64,000 nucleotides of DNA from assembly GCA_016783945.1 (NCBI GenBank), contig JADHVP010000002.1, forward strand, positions 852 through 64,851. Direction: 5' to 3'. This DNA is from Ignavibacteria bacterium. Lineage in GTDB: Bacteria > Bacteroidota > Ignavibacteria > Tepidaquicellales > Tepidaquicellaceae. Of the stretch, positions 30,334 through 38,791 are shown one piece after another (the stretch's first letter is position 1; each line of letters starts with the position of its first letter). The notes beneath the pieces were generated by a model that was not told the origin of the DNA, did no database searches, and saw nothing but the letters and a program-made list of their open reading frames with translations. Both the position numbers and the translations under genes were made by a program.

Positions 30334-31457
30334 AACCTTATAAAATTCTTACCGGGTATCTGTTTTATAATTTCTTTGAACTCAAGCGATAACAAATTTA
30401 CAAGGCAGTCAGATATAGACATCTCCGTTATTTCACTTATCTTATCAATGTGAATAGGTTCTATGCCTATAACTTCATAAATCTTTTTTTCAAAAATACT
30501 CAATTCCTGTATTTGTTTTTCTTCTTTCTCTGCCTCAGTCTTCTTCAATATAGGTTTAAGCTTGTAGCTTAATTCATTCAAAATGTCATCAACATTAGTC
30601 ACCAACTTTGCCTGACCATTCTTAATTAACTCATTACTGCCTTCAGATTTCTTTGAATAAATATATCCGGGTATTGCGAACACCTCTTTATTCTGGTCGA
30701 GAGCAAATTCCCCTGTTATTAAAGAACCGCCTTTTAAACCAGTTTCAACAATTAACGTCCCGACACTTATACCGCTTATTATTCTGTTCCTTCTCGGAAA
30801 ATTAACCTTATCAGGAGCAGCACCAATTTCAAACTCCGATATTACAGCACCGTTTTCTATAATCTGTTCGTAGAGCTTTTTATTTTCTTTGGGATAAACA
30901 ACATCTGCACCGCAGCCCAAAACAGCATAAGTTAAATTATTATTTTCAAGAGCAACTCTGTGTGACATAGAATCAATACCTCTCGCTAACCCGCTTACAA
31001 CGGGTATTCCCAATTTCGAAATCTCCTTAACCATTCTCTCGCATACGTTCCTGCCATATTCAGTGGGGAATCTCGTACCAACAACACTTAATGAATATTT
31101 ATCTTCTTTATAAAGCCTTCCTTTTATATATAACAATACCGGGGCATCAAATATCTTCTTCAGATTTGAGGGATACTCTTCATCGGTGATGTTTACGATT
31201 TGTATGTTCTTTTCTTCAGCATTCTTAATAATCTTATCGAACTCTATTTCATAATCTCCAAATAACTTCTTAGACTTCATTATCTCATTCGAAGTCTTCT
31301 CATCAATTCCCTCAATCCTTTTTAACTCATGTTTACTTAGCTCAAAACATTCCTTCGCTCCTTTGCAATGAGTAAGGATATTCTTTATCCTGACATTACC
31401 AATGTTTTTCACCTTCGTTAGATAAAATAAGTATTTTAAATTTTCTTTACTTTGCAA
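30330..31457 (-). CDS. dprA: DNA-processing protein DprA (Smf)
   Basis: Rossmann-like core VVGTRFPTEYGRNV...VSGLARGIDSMSHRVAL...AVLGCGADVVYP...FPRRNRIISGIS...VVETGLKGGSLITGEFALDQNKEVFAIPG. It uses a TTG start (rc of caa at 31455-31457) and overlaps the downstream gene by 4 nt. Confidence 0.9.
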   Translation of the reverse strand: MQSKENLKYLFYLTKVKNIGNVRIKNILTHCKGAKECFELSKHELKRIEGIDEKTSNEIMKSKKLFGDYEIEFDKIIKNAEEKNIQIVNITDEEYPSNLKKIFDAPVLLYIKGRLYKEDKYSLSVVGTRFPTEYGRNVCERMVKEISKLGIPVVSGLARGIDSMSHRVALENNNLTYAVLGCGADVVYPKENKKLYEQIIENGAVISEFEIGAAPDKVNFPRRNRIISGISVGTLIVETGLKGGSLITGEFALDQNKEVFAIPGYIYSKKSEGSNELIKNGQAKLVTNVDDILNELSYKLKPILKKTEAEKEEKQIQELSIFEKKIYEVIGIEPIHIDKISEITEMSISDCLVNLLSLEFKEIIKQIPGKNFIRL

Positions 31458-31574
31458 AAATTAATCCTTTATCCAATGATACGTAAACTTTATGCAAATT
31501 ATAATTTAATAATTGAAGTTTACAATATAATTATAAATCTACAAATTAACAAAGTGATAGAGAAGGGGGAGAGG
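31408..31574. repeat. direct repeat copy 1 (about 166 bp): dprA codons 1-16 plus the dprA upstream region
   Basis: Nearly identical to 33265-33430. The central ~135 bp differ at one position (ccaatgat vs cctatgat). The ends are more diverged. Confidence 0.9.
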
Positions 31575-31726
31575 TTAAAAAGAAATTTAATATGAGCGAT
31601 ACTATATTTTTACCAGATGTTGATGTTCTTTCACATACAATAAAAAAAAATATAGTGATGCTTCAAGTATCCCAACAGAATAACACCAAATGCATTTATA
31701 TGTTTATCTTGTTCACTGATTTCTTA

Positions 31727-32209
31727 CTAATTTTTGGATTTCAATTTCTTATCCCTAATTCTAAGAAAATCCCTAGGGTTTAATACTGGAATGTAGACAT
31801 GTTCTAGAAAAGTTCCTGCTGTTCTACTAGCAAACATAGCACGAGTGTGTGAAATTGATAATCCGATAATAGTAGCTTCGAATATTTCAGGTAATATTAA
31901 TCTTTTTTCTTGCTTATTATAATATTCTTTCAAATCTTGTACCTCAAATATATTTGCAGTAAGAATATTTCCCAACCTAATTTTTTTGTTTTCATCAAGA
32001 AAAACATTGACGTTAGTCTCTATAATTATTAAACCTTCATTTAGAATTGTATTATTTGTACATTGAACATCAAAGATATGGTTTTGAAAGGTCTTTTTGT
32101 CTGAAACTTCTTTATCTATTAATTCTTTTTTTAATTCTATTTTAAGAGAAAGTAAACTTATATCCTTAATTCTATATTTTATATGTTTTCTGTTGTTCTC
32201 CGTTTTCAT
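31727..32209 (-). CDS. SecB-like chaperone candidate (third gene of the cassette)
   Basis: 160 aa. By-eye similarity to E. coli SecB at both ends: YRIKDISL vs IQRIYTKDISF, and SHTRAMFASRTAGTFLEHVYIPVLNPRDF vs [29 protein letters not shown]. Its ATG directly abuts the stop of the upstream HTH gene. Confidence 0.45.
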   Translation of the reverse strand: MKTENNRKHIKYRIKDISLLSLKIELKKELIDKEVSDKKTFQNHIFDVQCTNNTILNEGLIIIETNVNVFLDENKKIRLGNILTANIFEVQDLKEYYNKQEKRLILPEIFEATIIGLSISHTRAMFASRTAGTFLEHVYIPVLNPRDFLRIRDKKLKSKN

Positions 32210-32665
32210 TTATGCTACTTCACTATGATATGTTTTATTAAGGGCTTTATTTAGATCGAGCAAATCATATTCTGACTTCAACGGAATTTTGTTAAAATAC
32301 TCTAAACGAACATTTTTATTTGCAATTTTTCTTTCAAAATAATCTTTATTAAATCGATAGGATGAACTTGATTCGTAATTTATATAGACATTTTCATAAG
32401 CATATTTTGGAACAAGTATTATATCTTCATTTAATGCAGATTCAATTTTTGCAATAGTATCTAATGTAAAGTTATGACTGCCATTTAACCATTTACTTAT
32501 TTCTGATTCATTTTTTCCAAGCTTTATAGCGAGTTCTTTTTGAGTCATCTTCTTCTCTTTAAGATATTGTGCAATCTGATCTGCAATATCCATAGAAATC
32601 CTAATGAATCTCCTCTTTTCGTCAGAGATATTCTTTAGTAATTCCTCAAATATTTTGCTACCCAT
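32210..32665 (-). CDS. XRE-family HTH protein with a ~65-aa C-terminal extension (antitoxin candidate, HigA-like)
   Basis: HTH KKMTQKELAIKLGKNESEISKWLNGSHNFTLDTIAKIESAL, followed by the tail VPKYAYENVYINYESSSSYRFNKDYFERKIANKNVRLEYFNKIPLKSEYDLLDLNKALNKTYHSEVA. Confidence 0.7.
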   Translation of the reverse strand: MGSKIFEELLKNISDEKRRFIRISMDIADQIAQYLKEKKMTQKELAIKLGKNESEISKWLNGSHNFTLDTIAKIESALNEDIILVPKYAYENVYINYESSSSYRFNKDYFERKIANKNVRLEYFNKIPLKSEYDLLDLNKALNKTYHSEVA

Positions 32666-32675
32666 ATTATTAATT

Positions 32676-33143
32676 TTAAAATTTAAAAATTAAATCCCCT
32701 ATAATTTCATTATCTGTTATTATAATTTCACCATCTTTTATTCTTTCATCAATTAAAGGAAATATTTCCTCAAGTTGATTTACAATTGTATTTAATTCAG
32801 GAATTTCCTGATATGTTGGTTTATCTTTAATACCACCATCGCCTAAAACAACAGCTACATTTCCATATCTTAAACAATATAATCTTAGATTACCTTCCCA
32901 TAATGAACAGATATTATTCAAAATACTGCTTTCTTCGATTTTAAAATAATGATCCTGGCATCCACTTTTATTTGCCATTCTCTCTATCTTTGATTCTATG
33001 TTTTCAATTCTATCTTTTTCAGATGATGAAAATTTCTGAAAAAATTTATCCGCTTCTGACTTTGGTTCTGAACAAAACCTAATAGTGTAAAAAGTTGATT
33101 TTTCTCCTTTATAAAATTCCTCTATTATAAACGAATTCTTCAC
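32676..33143 (-). CDS. RelE/ParE-superfamily (HigB/Gp49-like) toxin candidate with N- and C-terminal extensions
   Basis: 155 aa. The core ...SLWEGNLRLYCLRYGNVAVVLGDGGIKDKPTYQEIPE... resembles the (E)LR..hRhhY.....hhhLhhhhKK....P motif of Gp49/HigB toxins. It lies 10 nt upstream of the HTH gene. Confidence 0.4.
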   Translation of the reverse strand: MKNSFIIEEFYKGEKSTFYTIRFCSEPKSEADKFFQKFSSSEKDRIENIESKIERMANKSGCQDHYFKIEESSILNNICSLWEGNLRLYCLRYGNVAVVLGDGGIKDKPTYQEIPELNTIVNQLEEIFPLIDERIKDGEIIITDNEIIGDLIFKF

Positions 33144-33242
33144 TTATAAGTTAAGTATCTATTGTTTAAAAATGAATGCTAAAATATTACCCTTAACATG
33201 AATTTTATCTTTATTATAAATCTGTATACTTAGTGAAACAAT

Positions 33243-33314
33243 TTACCTTACAATACAAAGATTATTCACCTTTGTCAGGTAAAATAAGTATTTTAAATTT
33301 TCTTTACTTTGCAA
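33243..33314 (-). pseudogene. dprA' 5' remnant (16 dprA codons, then out-of-context sequence and a stop)
   Basis: Inside repeat copy 2: TTG CAA AGT AAA GAA AAT TTA AAA TAC TTA TTT TAC CTG ACA AAG GTG reads (M)QSKENLKYLFYLTKV, identical to the DprA N-terminus. It then continues NNLCIVR*. Confidence 0.8.
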
Positions 33315-33430
33315 AAATTAATCCTTTATCCTATGATACGTAAACTTTATGCAAATTATAATTTAATAATTGAAGTTTACAATATAATTATAAATCTACA
33401 AATTAACAAAGTGATATTAAGAGGGAGAGG
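33265..33430. repeat. direct repeat copy 2 (about 166 bp)
   Basis: See copy 1. It starts ttcacctttgtcaggtaaaataag and ends ...aacaaagtgatattaagagggagagg. Confidence 0.9.
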
Positions 33431-33436
33431 AAAAAT

Positions 33437-34498
33437 CTAAGTACACGACAAAAATTTAATTAGAAAATTAAACTCTTTTGATTTCAAATTAAGATCAAAG
33501 ATAACGCTTCTTAAATAATCCAAACCTTTTCTAAATATGCTTATTTCTTTTCTGCCATTTATTTTCAATTTTATTTTTATAGAATCATCTATCCAAATAC
33601 CCACAAGGTAAGACCATAAGAATGCTATTGTTAGTAGTGCAATTAACTTCTTAATTTTTATTGGATCTGTCATATGTGTCTTCTCAAAATCAAATCCTTT
33701 CGTCTTTAAATATCCAAATAGATTCTCAATTGTCCAACGCTGCTTATAATCTCCCAGAGCATCCCCCGGATTATTATTACTGGCTAATATAAAATACTCT
33801 CCTTTATTTGTGCGTCTTCCTGATATGTATAGTTCATTGTTATAGACCATCTTCTTATATGGTAAAACAATATAGCTATACGCTTTAGTATATTTGAATA
33901 AACTTCTTACAGTCTTTATCGGTGATTTATATTTTGTTATAACTGCATCCTTCCTTATTCTTATATGAAACTCCAGCTTACTCTCGATTAAATACTTGAA
34001 CCACTTCGCACTTGCAAATTCTCTGTCTGCTACTAATGATTTTATCCTCTGGAGACCTAATAAATTTATAGCTTTCTCTACCAACTCTTTTCTCTCTTCT
34101 ATCGATGAGTTTCCTCTCTTATTCAATAACTTCCAATACAATGGTATCGAGGTATCGCGGTATACTATTCCTAACATTAATATATTTATATCTTTTTTTC
34201 CAAACTGCCAGTTTGTTCTATCTAGTGTTAATATATACTTCTTGTCCTTTGGTAATTGTGTGATTACAAATCTCGATATTACATCATAGTCCATTACGAA
34301 TTCTGAAAAAAATCTCTGTATCCTTCTGTAGTTTGAACAATTCTTTACTCTATGATTTATATCTAATGATATATCTGTTAACTTTATTGTCTTTACCCTT
34401 ATTAGGCTTACTATAAATGAACTTATTAATTTTATCCTGGCTTTGTTACATCTAAAATGTTGTTGTAATATGTTTTGTAATTTTGTAATACGATTCAT
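33437..34498 (-). CDS. IS4-family DDE transposase
   Basis: 353 aa. DDE candidates are LDRTNW, VADREF and the YREK signature Y-x2-R-x3-E-x6-K (YKQRWTIENLFGYLK). The ORF runs to the last nucleotides of the element. Confidence 0.85.
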   Translation of the reverse strand: MNRITKLQNILQQHFRCNKARIKLISSFIVSLIRVKTIKLTDISLDINHRVKNCSNYRRIQRFFSEFVMDYDVISRFVITQLPKDKKYILTLDRTNWQFGKKDINILMLGIVYRDTSIPLYWKLLNKRGNSSIEERKELVEKAINLLGLQRIKSLVADREFASAKWFKYLIESKLEFHIRIRKDAVITKYKSPIKTVRSLFKYTKAYSYIVLPYKKMVYNNELYISGRRTNKGEYFILASNNNPGDALGDYKQRWTIENLFGYLKTKGFDFEKTHMTDPIKIKKLIALLTIAFLWSYLVGIWIDDSIKIKLKINGRKEISIFRKGLDYLRSVIFDLNLKSKEFNFLIKFLSCT

Positions 34499-34600
34499 AA
34501 TCTGATTTTTATATTATATTATTAAATTTTGTGGTTTGATAAATATAATAAATTTGAGTCAGATTATCTTTTTTTATTTCTCTTTTTTGTCGTGTACTAA
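33437..34600 (-). mobile_element. IS4-family insertion sequence (about 1164 bp) with terminal inverted repeats and a 10-bp target-site duplication
   Basis: Left end (c)taagtacacgacaaaaa (33437-33454) matches the right end tttttgtcgtgtactaa (34584-34600) as a 17-bp IR with one mismatch. The flanking direct repeat gaggaaaaat occurs at 33427-33436 and 34601-34610. Confidence 0.85.
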
Positions 34601-34762
34601 GAGGAAAAATACAAAACTTGGAATACCTGTATTAATTCAATCTAACTTTTTTAAAATGTTTCTCTGCATTCGGACAGGAATAAATATTTGCTTATTTTCT
34701 ATAATAAAAATACTATATGTTATTTCAAAGTTCATTAATAACTTTTAACAAAGGGGCAACAA

Positions 34763-35914
34763 ATGGAAAAGAAAACCTATCTGAATCTCATCTTCCTTTT
34801 AGTAATATTATTTCCTTTAAATCTTTTTTCACAGCAAGACGGTCCGCGTGGTGAATATCCAGACGCTATAATCAATCCTTACTGGGAATTTTATTCTGAA
34901 AACAGACTATCAACAATTTCAGGAGGCAAAGGATATACAGGAGTTGCATCATTAGGAGATATGTCAAGCATTTCACTAAATCCCGCTTCTCTTTATATTG
35001 AAAAAAGATTTAATACAAATGTGAGTTACAATTTTCGAACAAGAGTAAACTATCTGCCTTATTTCTCAAGTGATGATTATTTGAAAAATGCACTCCCATC
35101 TTTATCAGTCGGGGGAGGATATCGAATTAATGAGAATTTTCAAACGGGATTTTCTTATCAAAATAATTACAGTTATAAATATGATTTTATTTTAATTACA
35201 ACGAATGAATTTGGAACTGAAATAGGAAGAAACGAAGCATACTACAAGTTTATTTCGCATTCATTTATAGTACCATTTGTATTTAATTACGAGTGGTTAA
35301 GGCTTGGTGCAAATCTAAATCTAACATATATAACAGGTGATTTTGATTACGGTGAAGATATTTTCATTAATGAATTTCCTACCTCGGGTAAAGCAGAGCT
35401 ATGGAGTTTCATTCCTCAAATAGGATTTATAATTTCTCCGAATAAATATTTTTCTTTGGGCGCCTCTTATACATTCGGGTTTTCTGACAACTTTGAGTGG
35501 GAATATAATAGGGGAACTCCTCAAACATCGTATTGTGAAATACCTTCAAGACTATCAGTAGGAACCGAAGGTAAGCTCCTGGAAGATAAATTAAGGTTAT
35601 CGCTTGAATATCATTATGCAAACACGTCAGCCATTAACTACCTGAAAGATAAAAGTAACATACATCTTGGAGCAGAATATTCTATTAATGATTTCTGGAT
35701 AGTACGGGGAGGTTTCTTTACACTTTTTGATTTTCGTGATGTCGATGACACCTGGAACTACAATACAACATTCGACCAGTTTTTCATTACAGTTGGAGGA
35801 ACATATAAATACAAAGGACTTGCATTTAATGTAGCACTCCTGAGTAGTTATTTAACCAGTAGCTCGGGTGTAAAGCATTCGATTATAAATGCGGGGATTG
35901 GTTTTGATTTTTGA
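34763..35914 (+). CDS. outer-membrane beta-barrel protein (FadL/PorV-like; family uncertain)
   Basis: Signal peptide ...LFPLNLFSQQ, GDMSSISLNPASL (an NPA(G/S)L motif as in FadL/PorV-type barrels), and a C-terminal ...NAGIGFDF. Confidence 0.45.
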   Translation: MEKKTYLNLIFLLVILFPLNLFSQQDGPRGEYPDAIINPYWEFYSENRLSTISGGKGYTGVASLGDMSSISLNPASLYIEKRFNTNVSYNFRTRVNYLPYFSSDDYLKNALPSLSVGGGYRINENFQTGFSYQNNYSYKYDFILITTNEFGTEIGRNEAYYKFISHSFIVPFVFNYEWLRLGANLNLTYITGDFDYGEDIFINEFPTSGKAELWSFIPQIGFIISPNKYFSLGASYTFGFSDNFEWEYNRGTPQTSYCEIPSRLSVGTEGKLLEDKLRLSLEYHYANTSAINYLKDKSNIHLGAEYSINDFWIVRGGFFTLFDFRDVDDTWNYNTTFDQFFITVGGTYKYKGLAFNVALLSSYLTSSSGVKHSIINAGIGFDF

Positions 35915-35966
35915 AATTAATATTTAGTGAATTTCTTCTTCGTGTCTTTGTGGTAAAATAGAAACT

Positions 35967-37046
35967 TTACCTTTTCAACTTCGGATCAAGTGCATCCCTT
36001 AATCCATCACCCAGTAGATTTACAGAAAAAACCGTTATCATAATTGCCAGCGAAGGAAATACAGCCAAGCCCCAGTTTGTTCCGGCAATGATATACTTGT
36101 AACCGTCAAATATCATCTGTCCCCAGCTTGCAGTTGGCGGCTGTACACCAAGACCTAAAAAGCTAAGACTTGCTTCGAATATAATTGCAGTCGCTAATCC
36201 GACTGTTCCCGTAACAACTACGGGACCTATGCTGTTCGGTAAGATATGTCTGATGATTACTCTTGTTGATTTAAAACCTAATGCTTTAGTCGCTTCGATG
36301 TATTCTGTCTCTCTTAATGTAAAAAACTGCCCCCTGACTATCCTTGCAATCTCAACCCAGCTTGTCAAACCAATCGCAACAAATGCCTGCCAGAATCCTT
36401 TTCCAAGTACAACAGATATTGCAATCACAAATAATATGGAAGGAAACGCCCACACAACATTAACCAGCCACATTACAACCTTATCAGGAGCACCTCTGAA
36501 AAAACCAGCTATTGCTCCTAAAATCAACCCTATACATATTGCTATACTTTCCGAGATTAAACCAACCGATAAACTCACCCTGCTTCCAAAAATTAAACGG
36601 CTAAGAACATCTCTTCCGAACCTGTCAGTACCAAGTAAAAACGTAAGTTCCCTATTCCAGTCATCCCTCGAACCTTCCGCAAGATCATTTCTCGGAATGC
36701 TCTGTTCTATGCCATCAAAATCATTATAATAAACCTTCTCATCTTTTTCATATAGAAATCCCTTTATAGGAATATATTCATTCTCATCTTTATTTTTATC
36801 TGTTATTCTTTTAACTAATACTTCACCTTTAAAATTTAAAGGTTTAGTAGCGTATTCCAATATTTGATTATCCGGTTCGAATGGTGATATAAGATCAGCT
36901 GTAATAGCAATAATAATAAGTAAGCTCAAAGTTACCAGACCTATCATGGCGAGCTTGTTCCTCCGCAATCTTTTCCAGGCGTAGTACGAAAGACTCTTAT
37001 TATGTTCCTGTGTTAAATCAGGTTCAGATTTAAAATCACTGTGCAT
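35967..37046 (-). CDS. ABC transporter permease (oligopeptide/dipeptide family, OppC/DppC-like)
   Basis: LGTDRFGRDVLSRLIFGSR and the EAA loop EYIEATKALGFKSTRVIIRHILPN. Confidence 0.85.
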   Translation of the reverse strand: MHSDFKSEPDLTQEHNKSLSYYAWKRLRRNKLAMIGLVTLSLLIIIAITADLISPFEPDNQILEYATKPLNFKGEVLVKRITDKNKDENEYIPIKGFLYEKDEKVYYNDFDGIEQSIPRNDLAEGSRDDWNRELTFLLGTDRFGRDVLSRLIFGSRVSLSVGLISESIAICIGLILGAIAGFFRGAPDKVVMWLVNVVWAFPSILFVIAISVVLGKGFWQAFVAIGLTSWVEIARIVRGQFFTLRETEYIEATKALGFKSTRVIIRHILPNSIGPVVVTGTVGLATAIIFEASLSFLGLGVQPPTASWGQMIFDGYKYIIAGTNWGLAVFPSLAIMITVFSVNLLGDGLRDALDPKLKR

Positions 37047-37063
37047 TTAAATTAACATTTAAA

Positions 37064-37990
37064 TTATGACAGTTTCACTTTAGGATCCAATGTTGCATAA
37101 ACAATATCAACAATGAAATTTATAATAACGAATATAACGGCACTAAAGAGAACTGTCCCCTGTATCATCGGAAAATCCAATTTCATAATTGAATCAATCG
37201 CAAGCAACCCGATTCCGGGCCAATTAAATATATATTCTATAAAAAAAGCACCTCCTAAGGTTGCAGCAAGTGAAGCACTCAAAGTTGTTACGATTGGATT
37301 TAGTGCATTCCTGAGGGCATGTTTGAATATCACTGCGTTATTACTTAATCCTTTTGCTTTGGCTGTTCTTACATAATCCTGATTCAACACCTCGAGCATG
37401 GATGAGCGAGTTATTCTTGCAATGATCGCAAGTGGTCTGAGTGCAAGTGTCACCATCGGTAAGATCAAATGGTTAAAACCTTCATTGATATATCCGGATA
37501 TAGGAAACCATTTAAGAATTGCACCGAAAACAAGAGCCATAATCAAACCAAAAGCAAACTGTGGTATCGATATGCCAAATAAAGCAAAGACCATTGAAGC
37601 ATTATCAAGGAATGTATAGGATTTTACAGCTGAAATAATACCTATCAGTACACCTATAATTGCAGATAATATTAAGGCACTGAATGCTAAAAGTGCTGTC
37701 GCGGGAAATTTATCTAAAATGGTTTTTACGACATTACGGTTAGTTGAATACGACGTTCCCAAATCACCCTGAACTGCTTTTGTAATAAACTTGATATATT
37801 GTACATATAGCGGCTTATTTAATCCTAACTCTTCTCTAACAGCTTCAACAGAAGCTACATCAGCTCTTTGCCCGAGCAGCATTCTTGCCGGATCACCCGG
37901 TACAATATACAACAATGCAAATGTAACAGTAATGACACCTAATAAAATTAATATGGAATAAAAGAAATTTCTTAATATATATGTCCACAT
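37064..37990 (-). CDS. ABC transporter permease (OppB/DppB-like)
   Basis: MWTYILRNFFYSI...PGDPARMLLG and the EAA loop DYVRTAKAKGLSNNAVIFKHALRNAL. Confidence 0.85.
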   Translation of the reverse strand: MWTYILRNFFYSILILLGVITVTFALLYIVPGDPARMLLGQRADVASVEAVREELGLNKPLYVQYIKFITKAVQGDLGTSYSTNRNVVKTILDKFPATALLAFSALILSAIIGVLIGIISAVKSYTFLDNASMVFALFGISIPQFAFGLIMALVFGAILKWFPISGYINEGFNHLILPMVTLALRPLAIIARITRSSMLEVLNQDYVRTAKAKGLSNNAVIFKHALRNALNPIVTTLSASLAATLGGAFFIEYIFNWPGIGLLAIDSIMKLDFPMIQGTVLFSAVIFVIINFIVDIVYATLDPKVKLS

Positions 37991-38035
37991 AAAAGTGATT
38001 CAGAAAGAATTCAACAAATAATAAAATTTAGATAT

Positions 38036-38075
38036 AAAAAAAGTCCCGAATTCTTTTAAGATCTCGAGACTTTTT
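38036..38075 (-). terminator. possible terminator after the NlpC/P60 gene
   Basis: gtcccga-N14-tcgagac is a 7-bp stem with one mismatch, extended by A/T runs. A U-tract follows on the minus strand. The structure is weak. Confidence 0.35.
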
Positions 38076-38097
38076 AAATAATAAAATAAATAAAATA

Positions 38098-38724
38098 TTA
38101 TTCAATAACTCTTTTTGCTTTCAAAAAAGTTCTTGAATAAAAATCAGAGTCAAGTGAGGCAACGGCTACACCGGTCCTTGAACCAGAATGAACAAAATAA
38201 CCATCACTCATATAAATTCCAACGTGGGAAACTCTACCTCTGCCGCGTGTGTCAAAGAAAACAAGATCACCAAACTTCAGATCTTCACGAGCAACATCCT
38301 CACCAACTTCTGATTGAGCGGCTGATGTTCTTGGAATTGAAACACCTAAAGCTTGATACATCACTGTTTGTACGAAAGCCGAACAATCAATCCCGTTTTT
38401 GGATGTACCTCCCCATCGATAAGGGGTGTTTAAATATTCAATAACTTTATACATCACCTCATCCTTGTCAAGGCTTGAAGAAAATTCTGGTGAATCCATG
38501 AAACCAGCTATTGAACTTGAGATTGATTCTAAACTTCCTTTGTTGATTGAGGTCTTTTCCTTTAAGGTGTTAGTGGCTACCAATTCGGAATTATTGTAAT
38601 CATCAACACCCTTGTTTTTTCTCGACTCATTTTTGGAAAGTTCTGAACTGCTGGAACAACCGGCTATATAAATAATACTAAATAAAATTATTGTTAATAG
38701 CCATAACTTCCTGCAATATTGCAT
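38098..38724 (-). CDS. C40 family (NlpC/P60) peptidoglycan endopeptidase lipoprotein
   Basis: Lipobox YIAGCSS, the catalytic region YRWGGTSKNGIDCSAFVQ, and ...HVGIYMSDGYFVHS. Confidence 0.85.
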   Translation of the reverse strand: MQYCRKLWLLTIILFSIIYIAGCSSSSELSKNESRKNKGVDDYNNSELVATNTLKEKTSINKGSLESISSSIAGFMDSPEFSSSLDKDEVMYKVIEYLNTPYRWGGTSKNGIDCSAFVQTVMYQALGVSIPRTSAAQSEVGEDVAREDLKFGDLVFFDTRGRGRVSHVGIYMSDGYFVHSGSRTGVAVASLDSDFYSRTFLKAKRVIE

Positions 38725-38791
38725 TAATGTCTCCTTTCAAATAGTAATGAAATTAGTATATAAAATACTAAGCAAATTAAATATATGAATA

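Noticed and set aside
31592-31783. 63-aa plus-strand ORF between repeat copy 1 and the SecB-like gene
   Set aside because: It overlaps the 3' end of the SecB-like gene on the opposite strand, has no recognisable motif and shows AT-rich codon usage. I cannot exclude a small protein, but nothing supports one.
31408-34610. Integrase/recombinase or prophage genes that would explain the island
   Set aside because: None is present. The only recombination enzyme is the IS4 transposase, which lies outside the direct repeats and has its own target duplication. I therefore do not call the island an integrative element with a known mechanism.
34536-34748. 70-aa ORF spanning the right IS end and the flanking DNA
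   Set aside because: It crosses the IS terminal inverted repeat and the target duplication, so it is most likely a chance ORF created by the insertion.
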